From: Saccostrea cucullata | Lineage: Eukaryota | Assembly (NCBI RefSeq): GCF_032062105.1 | Contig: NW_026919509.1 | Location: forward strand, 1 to 64,000 | DNA length: 64,000 nucleotides | Direction of reading: 5' to 3' | Part shown: positions 45,699-57,965 of the stretch, in pieces | Position numbering within the stretch: the first letter of the stretch is position 1 | Layout of the letters: each line of letters starts with the position of its first letter | The notes under the pieces: model-generated | Seen by the model: only the letters and a program-made list of their open reading frames with translations | Told to the model about the DNA's origin: nothing | The model's database searches: none | Position numbers and translations under genes: made by a program

Positions 45699-48386
45699 TT
45701 ATTGTTTTTTACTGTCGAACAGAACACCGCTAGTTCTGGAGAAGCTAACATTGGGAGTAAGTGCTTGATTTCCTGTAGAAATGGCTTGTTCATACAGCGG
45801 GGGAGCCGAGGGCCACTGATATTGAGTCCTCTGTGCTGCTGAAAAAAAAATCGGCTCATGAAGATTATTTTTCATTTTCAGTCTTTATTTGAAAAAAGAT
45901 TCGGGTTATTTTACATAAAATATATTTGTTATGTAAAAGTTTCAATTTCAATTCATTTAGGGAGAGGGCTAAAAGAGGCTTTGCCTGCTGCCCAATCCCA
46001 TTCACTTTTATTTGTGAATAAAATTTGTATGAATAATCAAAAAAAGTTTCTATTGCAATATCCCTTTACATACTAACCTAACATTTGATTGTGCGACTCT
46101 GGACTGATTCCGACGATGACGTTCTTTTTGTTGTATTTATGGATGCAGCAACATGAGACTGACACGATCAATACAACCAATACAACGGTAGCTGCAGCGA
46201 TTCCAACATATAGACCAATGCTGTTTAAAAGGTGCTTTGGTTTTATTATGCCCATTTTATTCATTAAACATTTATCTTAGACATAAATATATTACATGTA
46301 TCATCTTTTTTTCTGCTTGACTTGTATAAAAATTAAAGAAATCTCATGAAACCTTCACTTCGGTGCATTTTTGTGATGCCTTTATTTTTATTTTTTTCAT
46401 ATAAAATTACAAAGCAGTTTTCAAATTTACACCATTTTTTACCACAAAACATGACAAATAAACTGTCGTTTGTTTAAATATTTATGCATCACAAAAGTAT
46501 AAGTATTAGTTTTGCATTTTGTCCATTGTTGTATATTCACTAAGTATTTTATAAGGCTTTAATGATAATTTAAATATTGGAAACAGAAAAAAAAACATAT
46601 ACAGTGACAAAAATAACCTCGAACGTGTATATTTACTTACATATTTTTCTTAACTATTTAACTATTTTTAGATTTAAGGTCCTTACTGGTGCTTAGTTTC
46701 ACAGCAGTAGTGGTTATCCCTGACACCACAACATCCAGTAGAGCAATAGATGTATGACGTCATCGGCCACTTGAACCCGAAACTGTCTGTCCGGTAAGAG
46801 ACTTGTGGACATTCGGCTCCCTTGGTAAGTGCTTCTAAATATTAATAAGAATTTTTTAAAAATATATATATATTTTAAATTATAGAAAAAAAGGATTTTA
46901 AAAACTTCTATCATTGCGAGAGAAGATTCAAACCAGTGATGATTATATACATGTAACATCGTCTTACAACATTATAATACCGATGTAGTTATACCATTTG
47001 CATTACATAGTTTACTTTTATATAAATGAATCATCCGACAAAATTATTTCGTTTAAATAGAAACAAGAGATCTATCAAAGCACATATACTACATGTATAT
47101 ATTGATGGACAATAGACAATAGAATATACTAGTACTCTCTTCTTCTCCCCCCTCTTCCCCCCTCCCCTTTCCCCTCCTATTTCTCTACACAGACCTCACT
47201 CCTCTTCTCAATTTTACTTTTCCTCTGATACCCTCTCCCTCAAAATAACTTAAGATTCATGCAAAAAGTGTTGTTACACTACATATCATACATGGTTATT
47301 ATGGTCTTGGTTTTGAGAAAATATTAAGTTTATCTATGAATCTGTATATGGTACATTATTTACTAAAATATGGAATTAATGTCTTTAAGAATATTAACAT
47401 TTTTCTAACCATTAACCACCGGTTTCTGACAGCTGTAGGAATAACAGTCATTGTCACAGCACTTCTCCTCCCCCTCGCAGTCATAGTCTCCCGTACAGAA
47501 ATAATTACAACTCCCTGTCAGGGACGGCGAAACAGCAGGGCATGTACCCGGCTTCTTTAAATGGTCTGCTTCTACAAATTATATCTCAATATGGTCTGAA
47601 TTTATAGTGATATAGCTAAAAAGTAACAAAGAACTAAATAGCTTCAAAGATTGCAGTTTGCAGTGCTTTGTCCGATTTAAAAGCAATACATGTAAATATT
47701 TTTTATAAGGTTTGTTATATCTGAATTGTTGTGATAACTAAATTAGTAGCAGTATTAAAAAAAACTTAAAAGAGTAAATTAAAGTGATGAAATACATGTA
47801 TACATATCTTTAAACCTTATATTATAATAGTGGTATATCTGTAAATACTAAGGAAAAGAGGCATATTTTCAAGAATTCCTTAAACATGAAGCATTAAAAA
47901 TAAGAAGTTTATTCAAAGTCCTTCCAACCGTCAATCTTAAAAACAAGGAAAAATTATCTGTTTAATAGATTTTCAATCATTTTTGTTTGTACACAGCTCT
48001 CTTTAATGACGAAAATATTAATGGTTTGTTAGAAGAAATACGATCCAAGTAACCAGAAAGAAAATCGATTGTCTTTGTTATTTTTATGTCGAGGTGATGT
48101 TGTGATGCAGAATTATACCTTTTGTACATAAAAATATGTGTTTATTCAGATATACAATTGAAATAAATAAATGAATATATTATTTATATTTATTTAAATA
48201 TATCCATATTTATTTGTATACAATGAAAAATACAGATTTTCTGATACAGAAATCACAAATAAGAGAAAGAATCACTTATACCTAACATACTAATGTTTGA
48301 TAAGGTGAAAGAAATATCGTACCTCCAAATCCGTTCCAAATTATCCAAAGCAGACAACTGGTTTCTAGATAAATGACGGCTTTCAT
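45699..48386 (-). CDS. WAP-domain plus CYYR1/Shisa-like single-pass membrane protein B, ~218 aa, PSAPPLY tail
   Basis: Exons 48386-48323, 47571-47410 (WAP: KPGTCP..GSCNYFCTGDYDCEGEEKCCDNDCYSYSCQKP), 46834-46687 (ECP..YCSTGCCGVRDNHYCC), 46220-46078 (TM plus CCC) and 45838-45699; 657 nt in phase. Confidence 0.85.
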
Positions 48387-49169
48387 TTTGAGTTTCGTGT
48401 TTTTTTTTCAAATAATGGTGGAATCACAAGACTTGATTTTCCAATAACTAGTCAGGCGAAACAAATGTACCCGAGAACACGACGTAAACAGCGCTTACCT
48501 TGCATCTGTGTTTTGCGGAGGCTTAATTAATAGGGTTTTATATCTCTTGCTCATTCATGAAAACATTTGTATATAATTATAATTAAGAAATTTTAGTGTA
48601 AGGTGGTATTGAACAGTTTATTACCCAACACAAATATTAAATCTCACTTTGCTCAACGGTCTAGGAAGTTACTTTCATCTGTAAGAGAAAATGTATTTTT
48701 AATGAATTAGTTTTTGAACCAATCAATTCTCGTTTTTCCTTTATGTACCCATAACTTTAACTCGGCAACCTGTATCGTCCTCCTATCATAAACTTACATG
48801 TACGTGCATCGTTTATATATATATCTTTGATTTACTTTTTTTCAAAATACAATTTTTACTAGTAATAACTACAATCAAAACCTTTTGAGATTTACCCGAC
48901 AAAGGTAGGTCCTTATTTAAAGTACATGCACATACACATTAACTAGAAGTACCCATGAACTCTCATTTCAGATATTATTTCGATTAAAAAGCCATTCAGG
49001 TGCATACAGATAATTGCTGTTTATCACATTTATGCAGATTTTTTTTCATTTAATTAAAAAATGAAATGGGTGCATAGTCTGAGCAAAACAACTCAATGAC
49101 ATGTTTACATACCTGTAGATATTTTGATATAATTGTAATTTGTGCATTGCAACAAACTGCAGAATGAAA

Positions 49170-49890
49170 CATATGGAGATAGCAAACAGTATTCAGGCTC
49201 AAAAGTCCATTAAACAATACAAAATAGGAGCAGAGCAAACACAGGCCTCCAAAACATTAGAGGTGGGATAAGGTGCCATGGAGGAGTGAGCATCCTCTGC
49301 CGACCGGTCACACCTGCCTTGTGCTCCTTGTCATGATCGGGAAAAAATGGGAAAATCCATCGTCAATTCAATGTATAAATACTGTAAAATCACATATTTT
49401 CGAAGGGTCAAATTTTCGTGGTTTGAGGAAAATATATTGGATCATGGGAATTTGATTTCGTGGTCGAAGAATTGTTCAGTAGTAATACATGCGTAAAAAT
49501 CGCATTTCGTTGTGGACATAAATTCGTGGGTCTCTTCATACCTTAAAAACAACGAAAATTAAACCCCCACGAAAATTAGTGATTTCACAGTAATGGACTA
49601 ACTTTAAACGAGACTGCTTATATTCTTGTTTCATCAAATTGTTTGTCAATAATTTACATCTTTTAGGAATTGTACATACATAGAACATGCTCTTGTGTTT
49701 AGAATCAACTGAGAGAAATCAACTCCTTATGCAGGTGATGAAGGTATATTGCTGCATAGGTAAATGAAGTTGACAATTAAAAAGTTGAAGTCATCACGTT
49801 TATCATAGAGCTTGGTTGTTGGATTACCATTAACGTCCTTTTCATGTAAAATATCCAAATATGAGAAAGATGTTAGACTCTGTGGTATCT
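49170..49890 (-). mobile_element. Penelope-like element 3' fragment interrupted by a MITE
   Basis: Collinear with 41290-41850; minus-strand remnant DKRDDFNFLIVNFIYLCSNIPSSPA. Confidence 0.75.
49380..49592. mobile_element. MITE (TACTGT(A/G)AAATCAC termini) with TA duplication shown by an in-window empty site
   Basis: Filled site: tgtataaa-TA[..]TA-atggactaac. Empty site at ~41469-41488: tgtataaataatggactaac. Confidence 0.85.
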
Positions 49891-50329
49891 TTGTATCGGT
49901 ATTACAAAACAGACTATGTTATGACTGCAAAAGGATTTAGGCATGTTCCCTGACATAAGTATATCTCACTTTTATATACTCTAAAACTGTCATGTTTCAC
50001 CTTTCTAAAATGATGACAATGTCATCAAATTGTGTTCATGTTCAATTATTGGAAATCAAAAGTAACGAATGTCCGAAAAAAAGTAAAAGTTTACAAAAGC
50101 ACTTTGTAATACATGTTTCCAGGACTTAATAACTCTTACATTAAGGTCCCTTAAAAGACCCTGTCCCAGTTGAAAATGTAATCCCCAACCCACCCCCATC
50201 GATATAGGCAAAATTCCTAAATGACACAGAGAATTATTTATATGGTTTTTTTTTTTACATTTAGTAAATAATTTTGAAAAAGTTTAATTTTGGAATTTTC
50301 ATGACTCATAAGGATGTGGACAAGTTCTT

Positions 50330-53300
50330 AAATAAAAGAGATAGATTTATCTTATAGTTGGGCTTTATCATCTATAGTCAGTCTGTTGTCTCTGTTTATT
50401 CAAGTTGAATGGGATATGACGAATTGACACATGAATGCGCCTACACATTATAATTCGAGTTGAAAGCCCCGGCTGGTGTTTTCTTCCTCTCATATAGGAG
50501 AAATTCTGCTTCAGAGGAATATAAAAACAGGTCGGCTAATAAAGGAGCACAATTGTTGCCCATCGGAATTCCATCAGTTTGATGGAAGACTTTCTATATG
50601 AAAACTACACAAAGTTTGTCAATGAGGAACACCAGCATCATTTTAATATCAATTTCAGGGTGCTGCTTGTGTGTTAAATCAAAATCATTTTTAACAAGGT
50701 AATATTGGTGATTGCCAATCATAAGACTGGAAAATTTATCACTTCCATTTATGTTGAAAGGGCAGCTGCGTATGAAATCAGCAAAAAGATTTATCGTGAG
50801 AAATGGTTGTATAAAATGTAGAAAATGAACATTATGGTGCTACTGATTTTTGTAAAATTTGTCTTCAATTTTCTTAAAGTCCTTTGGATTTTTTTCAGAA
50901 TTTACCTCTGATTTTCATCATTTATAAAATATCCTGTAGGATAATACGTCTGAAGTTTCTCCTTTACAGATATTAATATGTTTGTTAGTAAGGATTGTTT
51001 GTTGCAATCTATCTATTTGTAAAGATTTTCTGAAGGTTAGGAATTCAGTATAGGTAACCTTGGTTGCAAAACTAAAATGTGATTTTCATATTTAGAACGT
51101 GAATTGCGAGTTTAAATTGGATTTCCAAAAGTAGAATTGAAACCAAGTTCTCCTGAAACACATGCAGTTATAAAAATGAGCCTTGCAAACAAAGACGATA
51201 TTATTATAAGCCTTCTCGGTTGGAACCATAACACATGTTGTTTTTGTAATCTTTCTAATTCTTTCATCACCGACGATTTAGTAAAAACGTTAAGATGGAT
51301 GGTGCACATATTGCCTTTTAATTTTTTTTAATACGATTCTTTAAAAGATTTCTGAAACATTCACCCGTTCTGACAAAAGGTTCATATCTTCCTTTATTAT
51401 ATTAAGCCCAACGTCTAGCATAATCTAAGACAGACTTCATACATGTAATTCAACAGTGTTTTGAACTTTAGACTAGATAAATTTCTTCAAGAACATAATT
51501 TAATTCATCAATCTCAAATGGGTTTTACCAAAAATGCACGAACATCTGATCACCTATTTGTTCTAAAATGTCTAATTGACAAATACTGTAGCACAAAAGA
51601 AGGAAGACTCTATGCATGTTTTGTTGACTTTCATAAAGCTTTTGACAGTGTTATACATACAGGATTAAAGCTAAAATTACTTAACATGAATGTTGGATCT
51701 AAATTTTATAATATCATTAGTAATATATATAAGAATAGTCAAGCATGTGTGAAAATTGGGAGATTCTTCTCAGATCCATTTCAAATAGCTATAGGCGTCC
51801 GTCAAGGGGATAATTTGAGCCCCTCCTTATTTAAAATATTTATCAATGACTTTCCTTCATATTTAGATTCATGTATTGATGAAGTATCGCTTCAGACACA
51901 AACTGTTAATTGTTTAATGTATGCAGATGACATTGTTATTTTATCCTCATCAGCTAAAGGTATACAAGCAAGACTCGCTAAACTTGAAAAGTATTGCTCT
52001 GATTGGTGTTTAAAGGTAAACATTCAAAAAACAAAAGTCATGATCTTTAATAAGGCTGGTCGTAATATTACACAAAAACTAATATTTCAAAATAATATGA
52101 TAGAATGTGTGCCCAGCTACAAATATCTTGGAGTCCACCTGAGTGTATCTGGAAGCTTTCATGTAGCAAGATTAGAGCTTTATAAAAAAGCATTAAAAGC
52201 ATATTATAAATTAAGAAAGGATTTTATTGATTTGAACCCTGGGATTAAAACCAGTATACATGTATTTGACTCTACCATTAAACCAATTCTTTTGTATAAT
52301 GCAGAGGTGTGGGGTGCAAGTAATATAAATACTAAAAAATTCCTAAACAGTCAAAATTTAACAGTTGAAGATTGCTTTAAAAATCTACCCTGTGAAAGAA
52401 TACACCTTAAATTCTGTAAATATATTCTAGGCGTTCATAAGAAAAGCACAAATTTTGCAGTACTGTCTGAATTGAAAAAAGGTTCCCCCTGCATTATGAT
52501 ATTGCCAGGTTGTTGATTAAAAGTTGGTATAGATTTGAGAATTTGTCCATAGAATTTCCTTTACTTAAAGATGCCTATGAATGTAGTAAAAAGCTTTTTG
52601 CGAATGGAAAGAACTCATGGTTTGCATTTATACAGAAATTAAGAAAATTACTGAATATTAAAGATGAAGTTATTTGTTATGGAAAATATAAATTTAAGTC
52701 ATTCTGTCATAAAATTTTATTAGATTATTATGTGAAGAAATGGTATACAAGTTATAAAAGTTACACCAATGGCAAATTATCCACATATGTGAAACTCAAA
52801 CAAAATTGGGGTTATGAGAATTATTTATCAGTTGTTAAAAATTTTCATCACAGAAAATCTTTATGTAAATTAAGAATTTCCTGTCACAGATTACAAATTG
52901 AAGTGGGAAGATTTACCAATATTCCTCGAGAAGATCGATTATGTAATAGATGTAATTCTAACAACATAGATGATGAAACTCATTTTTTAATAACATGTAA
53001 AAAATTTGATCATCAAAGAAAAGAAATGTTTCAGTTAATTAATCATAAATTTCCACTATTTTCAGCTTTAGATGATGAACAAAAACTTTATTGGTTACTC
53101 AATACAGAAGATAAGGAAACTCTTAATTTTGTGGGCAAATTTATAAATGATAACATGTTATAGTACCATTAGTCTTTTACACATACATGCATATTTGATG
53201 TATTCCTTTTAGACAGGATTATTGTTGAAATCATTTATGTCAACTGCTAATTGTATAATTGTTTTGCTATTCATTGGCTTATCTTTTCCTTATTATTGTA

Positions 53301-53950
53301 ACAATTTCATACTTGTCTGTTATGGGCTCTAAATTAGAAATAAAATGTTCTGTTCTGTTCTGTTCTATGTTGTAATAGAAATAAAGTTCTGTCGCCAATT
53401 GAAAGATCCGTGTTCCCTGTAATTAGAACATTTTAAGATGATTGCTCAAAGGTCTTTACTTTCAACTTTATTGGCATCACGACGTGTGATTGACGTGTCC
53501 AGCGGGACTGTAGATGAAGGAAGACGAAGAAGAGCAACAACAGAGAGAATTTTCCCTGAAATATAGATATCTAGGCTTTGTAATGTTTGTGTATAACTGA
53601 AAAAAATTGTGAAAAAAGAGGCTTTAAGGGTACAGAGAAAAAAATATAAAGAAATGTTAATTCTGGTCATGCGTACTGCTGAGAAAGATTCTAAGAATTT
53701 TGGAATAAATATCTGGAAATGTAAGGATGTAAAGGTTATTTTCAATGATGGTTCAAAACCTGAATGTATGATTATAAAAGGCGGATCCATACAAACGCAA
53801 ATCTTTGATGTACGATAATTAGTGTTCAAGGTTTTTCAGCATCTTTGAAGGACCACAATTAGTATCGTTTCAAAAACAAAACAAAAACACTCATAAACAT
53901 TATAATTTCAGAAGAAGGACAACAAACTCAAGAAAAACAATTTATAGACC
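50330..53950 (-). mobile_element. Old Penelope-like retroelement body, split by a LINE insertion
   Basis: Minus-strand remnant GIPMGNNCAPLLADLFLYSSEAEF at ~50505-50575; similarly decayed coding-like sequence continues beyond the LINE tail. Confidence 0.6.
51449..53366 (+). mobile_element. 5'-truncated non-LTR retrotransposon (LINE, RTE-X-like) ORF2 with reverse transcriptase
   Basis: ORF 51461-52516 has QMGF, CFVDFHKAFDSV, GVRQGDNLSPSLF, YADD and YKYLGV. A frameshift near 52480 leads into ORF 52510-53163 with the C-terminal motif RLC..C..DDETHFLITC. AATAAA and a (GTTCT)n tail lie at 53339-53366. Confidence 0.92.
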
Positions 53951-55101
53951 AGGAAGATGCTGCTGGTAAATTAATGTAGGAAAGCACATTAAGTCGAACA
54001 AATTTCCTCGGAGACTCTCCGTGATGTCTCACTAGCTAATGGAAAGGAAGTTATTTATGTTCTTCGTTAATTACTCTTTTCGTCTTAAGACCATGGCATT
54101 TAATAGCCGTCAACGAATAGAAGAATCTTATTTTTTGTATTTAAAAGTCTGAAAAAGTAATTAAATTAGGTTACGAAAGAAAGAGGACAAACATTTTACA
54201 TTGACAAAAATAACACTACTCCAGACTTTTTTATTATTAGTGAGTCAACAAAGATAATACAAAATATTATTCAGTTCTGTCATTCTACATGACTAAGATG
54301 AAAACAATATCTTTCATTTGCTCTGAAGCCTTAATGAAACATTTCATCATGAATAAATGAATTCAAATACAAGGCTAAAAACTTCAAGTTCTATATTCCA
54401 TTGTGTTTTTTCTTGCAATGTCAAAATTGTAGGCCTATATATAACATCGAAAAGGAACAAGAAATAATATAGATCAGTAATAAAAAAGTACACACAAAAT
54501 TAAGCATTTGATACTGAGCATAGTGTATATAAGTTTAAGTATTTAAAGATGTTTAAATCTGTAAGCTATTGTTAAATACATATATGTTTAATGGCAAACG
54601 TGTGTAAAAAAGATCTCAGAAATATTTAAAAATAAGCGCTTTACATAAATTATTGTTACTAACATTGCATTTAAATCTTGCACTTTACATGCGAACGTAT
54701 TTTCTAACCTGCAATGCATCCTGATAAAGTACATTGAAACTTAAGTACATAGAAATGGGAGAAAAATGAATAAAAAAACACAACTTCTGTGATGAATTTT
54801 AGAAAAATTATGCGTCTTAATAAAAGAGCCAACTTTGGACGTACATATATGTAACGAAGTGCAAAGAAAATTTATAACTAACAATTAACTTTAAATTGCC
54901 GTACATGTTTATGATCAAGCATATCAAAACAAAACAATTTTTAAATGAAATTAAATAAGCTTTTAAACAAATGTACAAGCATGCACTAAAAAGATTTAAC
55001 GTAGAAATAAAACTTTAATACAGAGTGTATCTCTTATCCCCATATCTTAAGTAAGCTACTACGTTTATCAAAAACTCTCCAAAAAGGGGTAAAGTCGATT
55101 T

Positions 55102-55698
55102 TTATGTGGAAGTGAACAACTTTCCACTAGTCCTGGTATATCTGACAGAAGTGTCACGTGGTGCAGTGGGCGTGGCAGCTGGAGAGACGGTGTGTTCATA
55201 CGCAGGTGGAGGGGACATCACTCTGTCCTCAATATCCTGAACTAAAACCACATCATAATTCAATTCATATGTGATGAATATTGATTTTGAAATACAATCT
55301 AACGGTTATTTCTACAGGAGTTAGGTTTTTTTAATTTTATGTTTCAATCTAAAATTACACCAAATTAAGGAATTCTATGGGTAAAAATAAAAAAAAAGAA
55401 AAAAGAAAACAAAATCAGATAAAAACATTTCAGAAATAATAAGGTATATATTTTTTATTTTGTCAGATTGTCCATCTATGCACTACTAACACAACATGAG
55501 TAAAACATTATTACTAGACAATAAAATATCGGCTTTCTACCTGTCAAAATTCGGGCTCGAGATCCATCTGACCACCGAGGGTCTACTCCAACAGTGACAT
55601 TCTTCTTATTGTATTTACTAATACAGCAGCAAGTGACGGAGATGATACACACAATGGCTACCACAGTACCAGACACGACTCCAAGGTACAAACTGGCA
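55102..55698 (-). CDS. CYYR1/Shisa-like membrane protein C: last two exons (5' exons probably beyond the window end)
   Basis: Exon 55698-55541 (ASLYLGVVSGTVVAIVCIISVTCCCISKYNKKNV..) and exon 55241-55102 (..PPPAYE..PTAP..RTSGKLFTST*). Intron phases and the 140-nt last exon match gene B. Confidence 0.8.
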
Positions 55699-55719
55699 CT
55701 GGAGAAGAAAGTTATGAAA

Positions 55720-57965
55720 AAGTCTAAGGATAGGGGAAATAATACAAGAGTCTAAGGATCAGATATGGTACACAATATACTAGTAATAAGAAGCTTGGGT
55801 AGAGGAAATAATAATCCGAATGGCAATGTAGGAGTCTGAGGATGAAGAAAACAATAAAGGGGTCTTGGAATGAGGGAAAGTATAGATGTTTTAAGAAAAC
55901 GAGTCAATGTAGTATGTTAGAATGAGAAAACAGTGTGTGGATGAAGAAAATCTTGAAAGAGTATATAGATGAAGAAACGATGAGTGTGTCTCCGCATTCG
56001 ATAACAATAAAGGAGGTTTGGAATGAGAAAAGCAACGTAGGAGTGTAGGTGTAAAGAAAACAATGTGAATTGATAGAAAAAGGAAAAATGATCTAGGTGT
56101 TAAAGTACGAGGAAAACAGTAGAGGTGCTCTTAGATTAAGAAAAAAACGTATGTGTCTAAGGATGAGGAAAACTTTATTTAAAGGGAATCTTAGAACGAA
56201 CTAAACAATGTAGGAGTCTTAGGATAATGAAAACAATGAAGGACCAATGGGGAAAACGATGTAGGTGACCTAGGATGCAAGTACATGTATCTTAGAATGT
56301 GGAAAACACTGGAGGAATCTTAGGATGGGAGAAAACTGTAGAAGTCTTAGGATGATCAAAACCAAAGCAACGGCAAAAAAGAGATATACATATGTAAGTG
56401 CCCTAGAATGAAGAAAACAATGAGGAATTCTTAAGGTGAGACTTACAACCTAAGAGTATAAGAATTAGATAAACAAAATCAAAGTTTAAGGATAAAAAAA
56501 ATGCAAGAATACTGAGATGAGGAAAACAATATAAAATTCTTCAGATGAGGACAAAAATTTAGGAATTGTAAAATATGTTCACGATTGAGAAAAAAAGTTC
56601 TAATGTCAATAAAATAAAACTCTTAGAAAATAAGGTAGGTCTATTTTGATGAGCCAAACCATGAAGGAATCTTGGGATGTAGAAATTAAAACGAGTATTA
56701 GGGTGAGAAAATTAATGAAACAGTCATAGGTTCAGACAAGTGATGAAGGAGTCCTAGGAAATCAATATAGGGATCTAATCTTAGGATAAGGAAAACAATG
56801 TCATGAAAAAAATGGAAGTCTGAAGGTTAAAAAATAAAATAGAAGTTCTATTATAAATAATGTCAGACTAGATTGTGACGAACAAAGAAGAAGCATTCAA
56901 CGAGGAAAGAATATAAACGCCTTCGAAAGAGGAAACTAACGGAATAGTTTTAACATAAGAAAAATTTTATAGAAGTTTGAGGATGAAAAAAAAAATCTAA
57001 GGTGAAAAATAGAGAAGTATTATGGTGAGAAAAAAAATGAAGTACGACTTCTTGGATTTGGCAAACGCTGTAGGTTATTAGGATGAGGAAAACAATTCAG
57101 AAAATCTCAGATGAGGAAAACAATATAGGGGTCCTGTGATGAGACAAGACAAGAGGTTAAGGATGATGTAATCAATGAAGGGGGTTTTGGGGGAGAAAAG
57201 AAAGGCTGAAGTCTTAGGCTGAGGAAAGCAATGTAGAAATTTTAAGATAAGATAAGAAAAACAATATAAAAGTCTTCGGATGAAAAAGAAAATGTAGGAG
57301 ACTTTAGGAGAGAAAAATAGAAGCGTGAGGATAAAAACAATAAAATAACAAATGGTGAATAATGTAGAACTATTGGAATGAAACAAATAATGTAGGCGTC
57401 TTTGGATGAGGAAAACAACGAAGATGTTCTGAGATGAAGAATACAATGTCAGAGTCTTAGAATTGACAAAAAAAATGTAGCAGTTTTAGGACAAGGAAAA
57501 CAACGTTGAAGTTTTAGTACGAAATGAACTATGTATCAGTTTTAGTAGAAAAACAACGTTACAGTTTTACGGCGAGGAAAACAATGTATCAGTTTTAGTT
57601 CGAGGAGAACAACTTTGAAGTTTTTAGACGATGAAAACACTGTAGCAGTTTAAGTACGAGGAGAACAATATAGCATATTTGTATGAAGAAAACACCGATA
57701 AAGATTTCAGTTGAGGAAAGCAATGAAGAGCAGTTTTAGGATGTGGAAAATAGTGTATTAGTTTTGGTTGAGGATAACTCAGGCACCTGACGTTACTTAT
57801 TTTTCTTTTAATAAAAAAAATACATGTATACCCATACCTTATTAGGTATGGGTATATTTTTTTCTATTAAAAGAAAAATATATAAGTAACGTCAGGTGTC
57901 TGTGGAGGATAACTACGTTGAAGTTTTAGTACGAGGAGAACAATGTAGCAGTTTTAGGATGGAGA
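55720..57965 (+). repeat. Degenerate ~28-bp purine-rich minisatellite (~2.2 kb)
   Basis: Recurring unit ~GGATGAGGAAAACAATGTAGGAGTCTTA, drifting to ~GTACGAGGAGAACAATGTAGCAGTTTTA at the right end. Confidence 0.85.
57778..57904. mobile_element. 127-bp palindromic MITE with 8-bp TSD
   Basis: TSD GAGGATAA at 57770-57777 and 57905-57912; arms 'ctcaggcacctgacgttactta' and 'taagtaacgtcaggtgtctgtg'. Confidence 0.8.

Noticed and set aside
57078-57446. 122-aa hydrophobic ORF resembling a membrane protein
   Set aside because: Translation of the pyrimidine-rich strand of the degenerate minisatellite.
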